From Glaucostegus cemiculus (Eukaryota): a DNA stretch of 64,000 bases. The notes beneath the pieces are model-generated. The model did no database searches. It was not told the origin of the DNA and worked only from the letters and a program-made list of their open reading frames with translations. The DNA lies in contig CDPCPM010000320.1 in the NCBI GenBank assembly GCA_976551045.1, forward strand, positions 682,001 to 746,000. The letters are read 5' to 3'. A program made the position numbers and the translations under genes. Shown in pieces: positions 26,588 to 38,130 of this stretch. Each line of letters starts with the position of its first letter. Within the stretch, counting starts at the first letter, position 1.

Positions 26588-27152
26588 ACCTTCCACACGA
26601 TCCATAACATCTCCGACCTTCGTGTCATCTGCAAATTTACTAACCCACCCCTTCCACTTCCTTATTCAAGTCATTTATAAAAAAAGTCACAGAGCAGGGG
26701 TCCCAGAACAGATCCCCATGGAATACCACTAGTCAGTGACCTCCAGGCAGAATACACTCCATTTACTACCACCCTCTGCCTTTTGTGGGCAAGCCAATTC
26801 CAAATCCACGGAGCCAAGTCTCCATGGATCCTATGCCTCACGACTTCCTGGATGATTCTACCATGGGGAACCATGGGGTCCATATACACCATACCCACTG
26901 CTCTGCCTTCATCTATTTGTTTTGTAATCTCCTCAAGAAACTCAATTAGGCTTGTGAGGCTTGACTTGCCCCTCACAAAGCCACGTTGACTATCCCTAAT
27001 AAGACAATGCTTCTCCAAATGCTCATAAATCCTGTCCCTAAGAATATTCTCTAACTGTTTGCCCACCACTGTCGTAAGGCTCACTGGTCTATAATTCCCA
27101 GGATCATCCTTATTACCTTTCTTGAACAAGGGAACAACATTTGCAATCCTCT
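26588..27152 (-). mobile_element. CR1 LINE, 5' segment (RT domain)
   Basis: ORF 26671..27129 reads FKKGNKDDPGNYRPVSLTTVVGK...YMD...SGIPWGSVLGPLL. The sequence at 26620-26640 encodes the KFADDTKV catalytic motif on the minus strand. Confidence 0.94.
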
Positions 27153-27393
27153 AGGTGTATCATTTCTTTTAATTAAAATTTTGACTGTTTTGTTATTTGT
27201 GTGTGGGGTTTTTTTTTGGACCAAAATTCTTGAGCTCTGGAACACAACCTGAATTTTTAGCTTTAAATGGGAAAACCCTTTGTGATTTGCAACATTTTGC
27301 TTAACAGAACATCTTTCAAAATTCCCTTATGAAAACTGAAGAATTATTGTACAAAAAGCAGAGTCAAGGAGAGATGTTGTTAAGACTCCTTAC

Positions 27394-27954
27394 CTGTGGA
27401 ATAGGGGTCAGGCTTCGGCTGTCGTGGGGAGTGGTGATGCTGAATGACTTGCTGGGGTTTTGCCTGCTGAGGAGGCTGGTGCTGTGGCTGTGGCTGTTGG
27501 ATGTGTGGTGGGAACTGCATGGGTTGCATGTGAAGTGGCCTCGGCTGATGCTGCTGCTGTACCTGCTGTGGGGGAAGAGGCTGAGGCTGGGGATGTGGCG
27601 CAGCCTGAGTGTGCGGTGGAGGCTGAGGCTGCGTGTGGGATGCCTGGGCTTGGTTAAGGACTGGCTGGGGCTGGGGTTGGGACGAGGTCGTTGAGAGAAG
27701 TGGGGTTTGATTCTGGGCCTTTTGCAGCTGCTGCAGGTACAGGTGCATCTGAGTAGTATGCAGGGGCATCGAGAGATGAGATGGTGGTTCTTCCTCTTCT
27801 AGAATTGCTGGCGGCTGTGTCATCTGTGGGGGCTGTAATATAGGCTGTGGGACCATGGGTGGGGACTGTGCAAGAGGCCGAGGCTGTTTTGGAGGTAATG
27901 GTGCTGCTTTACCACTGGGTCTGGATGGCTGTTGAGGCAGACTACTGTGCAAAG
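27394..27954 (-). CDS. BRD4: BRD4 large Pro/Gln-rich exon: [14 protein letters not shown]...[20 protein letters not shown]
   Basis: Acceptor cctttttag, donor ACAG|gtaagg, 561 nt, phase 1-1. ORF 27380..27976 carries motifs matching human BRD4 ([24 protein letters not shown]). Confidence 0.96.
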
Positions 27955-28519
27955 CTAAAAAGGAAGAATAAAACACTAAGTTAAATTATTATTTTAAGCA
28001 TAGACCATTACACCTAGTATAGATATGGACAGCCAAACAACACACCTACAGCTCCTTCATTTTCTTTCCTTTTTTTCCATTTGTTTCTAAAATACTGCCA
28101 GCATTTGCACCTTCATTTCTCTATGAAATTGGATTCCAATCATTGTCAAGAATGGTTTCCTGACCAGTACTACATTTACCCATCACCATGCATCCTTATC
28201 CAACATTTGCAATTTAATGTTTGGGATGTTAACCTTTTACATTTTCTCAACTTTTTTAAAATTTTAAAACATATCCTGACCTAACTCAGCCCTTTTTAAT
28301 CAGCTATATGTCTTTTCTCTTCCATTGTCTTCAAGGTCTTCCTCCATTTCCCACTCCATCCTTTCTACAAACTGCATCAACAGCTGAACTAAACATTAAT
28401 AAGCGGTTCTTTATTCATTCCTCCACAAGATAATTTTGCTGGCCCAGGTAAATGGGCATGATATTTAATAGACTAGTTTACAGAACAGAAGGATGGAGGG
28501 CAAATGTTATGGTAACATC

Positions 28520-28665
28520 AGAAACACAAGAGACTGCAGTTGCTGGAATTTGGTGAAACTGTCAACATTTCAGGGCCTGATGACTTAAAACATTGACAAT
28601 TCCTTTCCTCCCACAGATGCTGCTCCACCCGCTGAGTTCCCCCCTTCAGATTATTTGCTGCTCCA
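28520..28665. mobile_element. Miniature Penelope-type terminal repeat remnant
   Basis: aaacacaagagactgcagttgctggaat...cccacagatgctgctccacccgctgagttcc. Confidence 0.55.
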
Positions 28666-28873
28666 ATAATGTAACATTCATTCAGGAAGTGGGTTTCAAT
28701 ACAACACAATTTAACTCTAGTGCTTTTCTAAGCAGAGCACACAATATAAAAATTGACACAACTAGCACATCACTTCAGTGAATCCTCGTGGAAAAATTAA
28801 TGGTGATTATACAATTTGAAAGGTTTTCTCAGATATTGTACTTCACTAAAAGGCTATGAAACTGTGCACACAC

Positions 28874-29114
28874 CTGGCGGAGACACCACTGAATGCTGGG
28901 TGAGGTGAGGGGGCGAATGCTGTTCGGGTGGTGGCGGCAAATGCGTCTGCAGCTCGCTTTGGTGAGGAAGGTGCATCATGGGCTGTCCAAAGTGCGGCAT
29001 GGCATCATAGGCATTGGTCAATATCTGTGGCTCCATGACTGGAAGGGGAGCAGGTACAAACTGTTGAGGTGATTGCTTCATCGGCTGTGGTGGCTGATGG
29101 TGGTGGTGGTGCTG
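28874..29114 (-). CDS. BRD4: BRD4 exon with His tract and Pro-rich region: QHHHHHQPPQPMKQSPQQ...HLTQHSVVSPP
   Basis: Acceptor ttttctacag (tandem CAGCAG), donor CCAG|gtgtgt, 241 nt, phase 0-1. Overlaps ORF 28854..29081. Confidence 0.94.
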
Positions 29115-29759
29115 CTGTAGAAAAAAGAAAAATTAAACTTGAGTAATCATATTTTTTTAAAATTAGTTCAATTTTAAATTCTCTACCACTCACAATGCTG
29201 AATGTATTTTCCCCGAATTGTTTGTTTTAAAAATTTTATTGGCAATTTTCTTTCTAACTTTCCAGTATTTGGAACTAATTTGCTCCCAGTCCACAGAGCC
29301 AGTTGTTGGTATGTTCAAGTGATCCAGAAAACACAACCCCACTCCAGTTTTTCCAATTCTTCCTTCTTCTAAAGTAGATGGAACTGGCCTCCATCTTCCA
29401 CAACTCAAACCACCAATTAGGAATGACCATGAAGCCTGAAGGATCAAATCTGCTTCTACCAAATTCTATGATGTTCAGATTCAGATTGGTTTATTGTCAT
29501 ATACATCAGGGTGCAATGAAATTCCTTGCTAACAGCCTGGAGCAACGTACAAGTCCACAACCTCAAATGGTCACATTCACATCAAACCACAGTGAACTGC
29601 ATGCTTACAATGAAACTGTGGCCTTTGACAGCGTTATGTTGGAAAAGCAGGCTAAAACTCACTTTTAAAAATATACTGAAACATGAGTCACAGTGTGACA
29701 GTGAGAGTTTATGTTTTTGAACAACATTCTTTAAGAGAAAGGGAAAATTAAATTTAAAT

Positions 29760-29997
29760 TTTTTTTTTACAGCGTGGTAACAGGCCCTTTCAGCCCAATG
29801 AGTTCACGCCGCCCATTTTAAACACCCCAGATTAACCTACCCGTACGTCTTTAGAATGTGGGAGGAAACCGGAGCACCTGGAGGAAACCCACGCAGACAT
29901 GGGAGAACGTACAAACTCCTTACAGACGACAGGAATCGAACCCCGATCGCTGGTGCTGTAACAGCGTTGCGCTAACCGCTACGCTATCGTGCCGCCC
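29760..29997 (-). mobile_element. Young tRNA-derived SINE (V-SINE/HE1-like), CpG-rich
   Basis: A box tagcggttagc, B box ggttcgattcc, same core as the 19 kb copy. The tail is gggctgaaagggcctgttaccacgctgt plus an A-rich run. Confidence 0.9.
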
Positions 29998-31827
29998 ATA
30001 GAATTAGTTAGGTTGGGAAGGAATGATGCTGTTGGCTCAGTAGTGAAGGCACCCTAACACCTATTCAACATACAATTCATAAAATCATACAAAATAATAT
30101 CTCACTGTGCTATTATCTATTTCCATCTACTTCCTATCAACACAACCCTCCACTCTTCAATCTTAAGTACCAAAGGGAATGGTTTTGCACAGCCAAAGTA
30201 AAATTTTCAAATTATGTTCAGGAGCAGAGAAAACCAGTCTCATTAGCTAGTGGTCTCCGCCAGTCAGGTAAATTTCCTACATCAAAAGGCTAACTGCATG
30301 AGATCCAGATGTCAGACATCTGCATGGCAGCAGTGTAATAATAAAATATTAAAATTTAATAACAGGAAGATTGTAGCTCTTAGTCAAGTCTCAGTCTGGA
30401 AACATTGCTACTTATATTATAATGGAACTTTTAAAAACAAGTCTTTACAATAAACTCTAATGAGAGTTCTGTAGATAGGATAGATTCCACCAGACCAGTG
30501 TCCGCTACAACATCTACAGGAGTCTCTAATTTAGCTTGTGTTTCTTTGTGCGCAGCAAAGTTAGGAGTGATCGCATCAAGCGGTTTAAAATGCTAGAAGA
30601 ATTACATGGGGTAAAAACAGAGGAATAATTCTGTTGGAGAAATCAAGAACAAGGGAACAACAGTTAAAAATTCGAAATAGGCCATTTCAGAGAGCCATTT
30701 TCACTAAAAGGAGTGGTAAAACAAGTAACTACTCCTAAAGACTGCTGGGGGGCCAACTGGAGCTCTGGAAACTAGGATTAACAGGTTATTGTGGATGAGG
30801 GCAATAAGAAAATGTCAAAGCGAATAATCGTAATACTGAGCAATCACAATCTAAATTAGGCCAGCATGAAAGAATACCAGCAAAGCAATTCCAAAATGCT
30901 CCAATTTATGGATTTTGGATGGTGTTGAAAAACACCAGGGCGGATGAAAACCTGGGAGCCCTCAAACATGTCCATTTGAAGCTTCATTTGGAATAGTTGC
31001 CATTCACTGAGCTTCACCTTTGACCATGGTACAAATAACAAGTACTTTGTAATTTTGTACACTTCTCAAACCCATATAATATTAAACAAATAATCATTCA
31101 ACATTCTACCAAAACATCAATTTTTCCCGAAATTAGAAAAATTTGGCATTTTGTTCTGTTGTTGAGTGACAATTTTCTCCCTCGCAAGTATACGGCTACA
31201 TTTTTGTTATTTTCTGCAACACCATCACCAGTGGCTCAGGCTAACGTAGGCAACCAGCTTGAAGGGTCTTGAGGAGGACTGAATGGTGCATAGGAATGAA
31301 GGAGTCCCAGGCATAACATCTCCCTCTCCTAATTAGCCTGGCTCAGATGTCACTGAAATTATGGTCACCTTGTGGGAGAAATGTAAACAGCATGTCTGTT
31401 ACCCTATCATAGTCCAGAGCTGTTACCCTCCTCCCCACTAAAATGTTAAGAACCTTCCTATTGCATCTTAGGCAGAAAGACAAATGGGGGTGGGGGGGGA
31501 TCATGCTCATAGTATCCCATTCAGAGTTTTACCATCAGAAGTCAATTTTCAGGGGATTTAGAAATATAGTTTTAAAATACATTGAGAGTTGATTGGTTGC
31601 CTTTTACAGGAAACAAGAGAACGTTGCTCACCACTTAGGAGTGACAGAGAACAAGTCAAGGTAGTAGAATCATTAACATGCTAGGGCAGGAGAGGTGGAG
31701 GGAAGAAAAGCAGATGGAGTCTGAAATATGTTTAGTTTCTTTTAAGCAGCAAATGAAGAAATGCTCAAAACCCAAGCCACCCCCACCAGTAAACAAACAG
31801 CACAGAGTCTCAGCCCGTTATTCCTAC

Positions 31828-31889
31828 CTTCTTCTGCTCCCGTCCAGAGCGACTCTTGTGGCTGCCATGTTTGGTTTTAGGTGGCACCT
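31828..31889 (-). CDS. BRD4: BRD4 first long-isoform-specific exon: EVPPKTKHGSHKSRSGREQKK
   Basis: Acceptor ctcttctgcag, donor AAG|gtagga, 62 nt, phase 1-0. Matches human EMAPKSKKKGHPGREQKK. Confidence 0.92.
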
Positions 31890-34800
31890 CTGCAGAAGAG
31901 AGTTGAAATTGAGATGTGCTGGCTAATGGACAACTAAATCTAAACTATACTATATACACAAGAGCTCCAAGTGACTTTTATTAAAAAACAGCTCCAACAG
32001 AGGACCCCTCCTTGCATCAAAGTACAGCAGGATTTGTGATTGCACCAAGAGGATTCTATGTAAGTTTTCATTGTAGAATGGGAATTTTATCTTTTTGACA
32101 TTTTTTATTCCACTTCCTTCAAGTTTTAACCCTTCATCTTTTCAATTGTACCCTAAAGGGTGAGCACATGATATGCTATCAACCCCCAGAGTTTACTCAG
32201 TTGAAGATTTCCACTAGGAGATCCAAATTATACTTCTCTACCTTGGAAAAATCATTTCCAGTTTGCTAACAGCATTTCATAGGAGTTCATTAGCCTATCA
32301 CAGGTATGGATACAATAGAAGATTCAATAAGGTTCTCTTAATCAATTATGTTCTTGTCATTTGGTGCTGCTCCATGCCCCACTAGATTGAAGTTCTTCTA
32401 TTTCTCCATTAAGCACAGGCAAATCATTTCAAGGTTGTTGTAACTGGTGGCACAGAGTGGACAGCAGTAGTTCATGTCATTTTCTCTACAAATATGGAAT
32501 TGGTTGGTTTCACTCAAGGTGCATCTTTTGTTCAACAGATTACAAAACATCTCTGGTTAAGTATCATGTGGAAAAAGCCTGTGTCCTGCTATCATATGAG
32601 CCTACTACCCCATCTCTGGTAGGGTTTTACAGACCTGTCTACTTAAACCCCTCTAAACTCAATCAAGCTAAATAAAGTAAGCAATTATACAATTTCAACT
32701 CATTGTGCCAACACTAGTACACAAGAGCATAAAAAAATGAGCATTGAGACACTATATCTGGTTAACTACATTATTCATTGCTTCCTTCCAGATGTTGATC
32801 TGGTGAGGCAAAATACAATTTTCTAATTTTATGCCAAAGTAATTGTTCTCTTTAAGTACATGCTCCTTTTAAATATTTTCATTGACAAGGTATGTATTAT
32901 CATTATGCACAGCAGGTGAATAGAATTGCAATCAAATCCATCGGCCCTGTCAAACAGCACACAGCAACTTTTAAATACAAACTCAAGCTTATATTATAAA
33001 CAGAAGGTAGACCCACAGGGGTTAAAGCAGTTCTCAGATGTTTATAATTGTAAAGTGGAAGAGGTACTGATAAAATATGGGTTTGTCTACCAATTCTCTA
33101 ACTGCTCCCTCTCCCACCAAAGATCACATCTGTACAGGTTTGCTACATAAAAATCAGACACTGTGCTCTATACATTATACAGCAAAAATTATAGTCAAAT
33201 AATACTTGAGACTTCAAGTCAATGTTTAGCACAATGCAATATGCATTGTATATGCTGAAAATTAAAAATATCATGCTGAACTTTCACATTATGACAACTG
33301 CTTATACACACACACAATAAGTCCAGTAAAACTGGTGTACATCTGAACAATTAACTGCATTAATTTGTTCAAGTGCTATAATCAATGCTGCCAAAAATCA
33401 AAATCTGCAATCATCTCCTTTCCACCTAGATCAAGTGCCCCTTTACATTAATAGATTGTGCTAAATTATTTGGGAAAAATGTCTTTTGACCATCAACATC
33501 TGTAACAAGGAAGTATAAAGCAGATATGACAACCAATCCTGATTTGGAAATTGAGAAGAATGAAAACAGGAAGATGTATGAATGAAGATTTCCAGATGGT
33601 AAATATCCTCATGTGAGTGTACATCATGAAGTTCAAAGAAGCAGTTTACAACTTCGTATTACAACTTTCATTTAACTGAATGAAATATTTGAACATGCTT
33701 CCTAGTAGCATAACTATACAAAAGAAAATGGATACAGAGCTCAAGGGTAGTATTAGAATACGACTAAAGCTTGATCAAAGACTTTGGCAGGGTTTAAAAA
33801 GGGACTGGTATAGGGAAGAAATATTGAACATTAAGCCTGAGACATGAAGGCATGGGAGCCAATGGTAGCAAAGGGAGTGGACAAGCAGTAAAATTTTGAA
33901 GGAACAAAGTTGTTAAACATAGTTTTGGTAGTTAAATTTTAAAGTGGACTATCACTTTACAACAGATCATTGAGGTAGATTCTTATATTTACAACTTGTT
34001 TTCACAACACAAACCATAAAATGCTTTTCCACAAAAATCTGAACCAATGCTTCAATAGATGAAATTTTTAAAGTTATTTTGCTTGCTGAACTACAAAATC
34101 TGAAGTACTCCATTAGTCTTCCAGACTCTCAATTATAGGAATCACTATCAAATTCCTTTTCTGTGGAAGTGCAAAGTGAGTACCACATTGTCCACCTTAT
34201 ATCATGACTATACTTCAAGGGTATTTGATAAGGTACTTTAGGACATCTTGAACCATGAGAGGTGTAAAAAAAAAGCAAGTCTGTTTTTATTTAAGTATAT
34301 TTTGACATCACAAAGCGCTATATTTTCTAACAATGGTGTTGTTAACCTTTTTACCTCAGGCCACTTTCTTCCACAATTAATAAAAGGCCAAGGTCCCAGT
34401 GCAGATTGGCAGGGTAGGTGGGAGAATGAAAGAGTACATCAGGAAATGGTGAATAGAAACCAAAGAGCTGATACCCAGTGAGAAACAAAAGCGACATAAG
34501 AAATCGGGCAACAACAAAATAACCTGGGGAGGGGGGAAAAAAAAAAATCACAAAAAAATGCTCATCTGGAAACTTCTAGTGACAAAAATAAAATCCCCAG
34601 TGTTGTTATTCAGGAGAATGACATCACTGAACTCCAAGGTTGAAAAGATATTTACAAGAAAGATTATTTCGTCCACCTTTCATGACCCAATTAGTACACA
34701 AATTATGACCCTATTATAGGAGAATCTAATTATTTCAAGTCCAAAATGTAATAACATCAACGTGTTTATGTATGTACATCCTCAATAGGTAGTAAGATTC

Positions 34801-37800
34801 TGTCAGAGGATAGATGCTAATGGGGATGCACCTGCTGGAAAGGGTGTCGAGAACTACAAGCAATTATTTCAAAATGAGGGAGCTGAAGGAGGGAGAATTG
34901 CTGTCAAAGGGCTATGAATTTTGGAGATTCTTTATACAAGAGCACCATGGATGCAGATTCATTAAATATATTCAAGACGTTTATGGGGATCTGGCAGGAA
35001 AATGGAGTGGAGGCCAAACAACAGATTACCCATAATTTTATTTAAATGTAGACTCAAGCTGTGTAGCAAATGACTAAATGTTCAGTGAAAAACCAATTAA
35101 AAGGAGAAAAAAGTCAACTGGCAGAGAGTTGAGGGAACTTCAGCGTACAGGCCCTTAGAAGCTAAGTGTAGCTGATAATGATGAATGATCAAGAAGCCAG
35201 AATTTGTAGATCTACTGGAACATTGCAAGGCGAGAGATTACATTGGGGAGAGATGAGGCCATGGAGGAATTGGAAAATAAAGCTGTGAATTTTAATACAT
35301 AACCAGGAGGCAGTGAACAGAGTTAACAGATAGACATGGAAGCCAGCCAAGATTGTGTTGGAATAGTCAAGTCCAGAGGTAACAAAGGCATATTAAATGG
35401 TTTTGCAAACAAGCTGAGACATTTCAGGAATGTTCTCAAAATAGAAATAAATAGAAGTCAGGTTTGATACTCTCCTGAATCAAATATGACACCAGGATAG
35501 TATGAATTGCCCTGTTCAGCATCAAGAACGGAAGTAGAGTCAGTAGCTAGGTCTAATATTTAACTGGAGGAAATTACTGCTGAACTAAGATTGGATATGA
35601 AACCAAGTATGACAAATTAGAATCAGTGGAAGGTCAAAAATGAAGTTGTTTCACCTCAACTACTCTTTCCAGTAGTCCATTCCTTAGTTTTCTTCGTTCA
35701 CAAGAAATTCTGTATACCCATCATAAATTTGGGATGTAGGAGTTTTTAAAATGTGCTGTTGGTGATAATAATTTTACCCATGCCACTCTCAAATCAAATC
35801 TTCCATTCATTTCTCCTTTTATTGAATACACTCAAATGGTAGCATTTTGGAAAATATGAGAAACTCAATTAAAAATTCTTTTCAGGAAATACAGCCAATT
35901 TGAAAGTCAAAAAGAGTATAAACATTGCAGATGAAAACTAAATGGCACACCATTTGGTTCTTGATGGTCAGTGTGGACCTAATAAACCAAAAGACCCGTT
36001 TCCTTGCTGTATCTCTAACTCCATGACCATCCAAACTGAACATGTAGATTTTGCTAGCAGAAATAAGTGATGCTAAAATTTCAATTGTTAATTAAATGAT
36101 AAAATTTCACTACAAATTACAGGGATGGGTGTGAAAAACATTGAGAGTTTGCATGTACAGGACAGTGACTAGTCTTAAGTTTCATTAATAATAAAGAATT
36201 TCTATTAAGGACTGATTTATGATAGCCACCGATTTCTCTCCATTACTTTATATTTTCAAATTTTGAAGGACACACATTCAAGTTTTTTTAAGAACAATAC
36301 TAATGCAAACTGGCATCCTCTCTGCTTCCAAACTGCACCTCCACAACACTGCTCCAATCATTTATGACAAACTAAGTAGTAAAAAGCTGCATGAAGCTTC
36401 CATTAAATAGATATATAGTGGTTGTGTGTGTTTTTTTTATTCTGGTTACTCCGTGTTAACTGTTAACACCAACCTATCACTTTCTATGAATGCCATTATG
36501 GCCCAGTGTTAATGAAATGTGCGAGACAGTTCCCGCAACACCTCAGTTAGGATGTGCCTTGCCTGCCATCAAAAAGGGGAGGGTTTGATTTGTGTGTTCT
36601 TCCAGCCAAGACCATTGTTGGGACCCTGAGATTTGTCTCAAGAATCCTCAACTATGTAACAGCGTCAGCCCAACAATTAAAAACTGGGAACAAACACCAA
36701 TAGCTAAAAGCTGCACAGGTCAAATTTTCCATATGAAATAATATCCAAATACAAGGAATGCTTATCTCATTATCCCCAATTAATAGATTTGGTTCTAGAT
36801 GGCACTGCTTACCGAGTTACTTTAGTTTTGTGATGTGTATATCCTGGGAATATTTTCCCCAAAAAGGTCTCCCCATACTTCCACCAATTTCCTGTTTCAT
36901 GCACCCAACAAACAGCCCAATATTAGACCCCATTTTGCAGCCTAACATGAGAGCCATTTTCCATGCACAAAGGTTTTCAAGGAGCAACTATCTTCCATGA
37001 AACTCCAAAATTCCATCTTCGTCTTTGGAGAAATTAAAAGTCACAGAACAAAAGTCAGGCTGATCTACTTTTTATATTTATGTAAAATCAATGGAGCACA
37101 AATTTTATTTTGCCATATTATGATATTTGATGGGGTTCCTCGACAATTACTATCAAGCACTGGAAGACAAGGATTTATTCTGTTTAAGCAGAGTCAACTA
37201 GACCAGGCTACAGAAGACAGATTTTGGGTTATTTTGGTCCTTTTATTTTGTTTCAAGTCATTTTATTTTGTTTCAAGTGGAGTTGCAGATCTCATATGTG
37301 ATGAACTCAAAAAATAATTTTCCCCCTCCAGGTCACTACTTGATCAACCTTCTACCCAATCATTAACTTAGTAAATTAGCAAAGGTTGGAGGGAAATATC
37401 AAGCATTCTTCTCTCTAATCACACATGTACAAGTCAACCTTTTCAGGCTGCAAATGTTTCCCATGAAAGCTAAATTCCTGCTTCACAGTTCCTCAATAGT
37501 TAATGCTTATATTTCATCTGAATGTAAATATATGCAGCTGAGATGTAGGGGAAAGAGTAGGAACCTCTGCCAACTCACAACTAACTACTCCACGATCTAG
37601 TACTGAAATTTTCTCCAACTGAAAGTCCACTGGTCATCACCATTTTGACTTCTTTCTGACAACCATCTGGAACCACTCACTAATGCTGATGCGTTTGACC
37701 CCGAAATAATTAGGATCAACTTTTCCGAAGCAGTCTCAGTCGCTTCCCATCTACAAAAGGTCATTCTACGCCACTGCCCTCTCTCCGATTCAAGTTTGAA

Positions 37801-37849
37801 ACAATCGATTAACTTATGGCTCGCTGACCTATGCTGGTTAACAGAAACC

Positions 37850-38130
37850 TATTTTTAAATTTATCTTTGTATTCGTATTGCTCCATGGCCTCATTTCCCC
37901 CAACATTTGTCATCTCCTTTAGTCCTAATTCTTCCAAATCTGACCTCTTGAGCATCCCATATTTTAATCACAAGTCTTCAGCTACCAAAACACTAAGCTT
38001 TGAAACTGTTACCATTTTTTTTCCCTTCAACGTCCTTAAAACCTACCTCATCAGCCCTAATATTTATTTGTGGCTCCATATCAAGGTTTGTTTGACAATA
38101 ATCTTTTTGAAGCACCTTGAAGTTAAAACA
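37850..38130 (+). mobile_element. L2-like LINE 3' end relic (similar pieces at ~60880-61135, ~35100-35640, ~42960-43480, ~51050-51620)
   Basis: ctgacctcttgagcatccc...ccttaaaacctacctc...tgaagcaccttga, a typical L2 terminus pattern. Confidence 0.45.
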
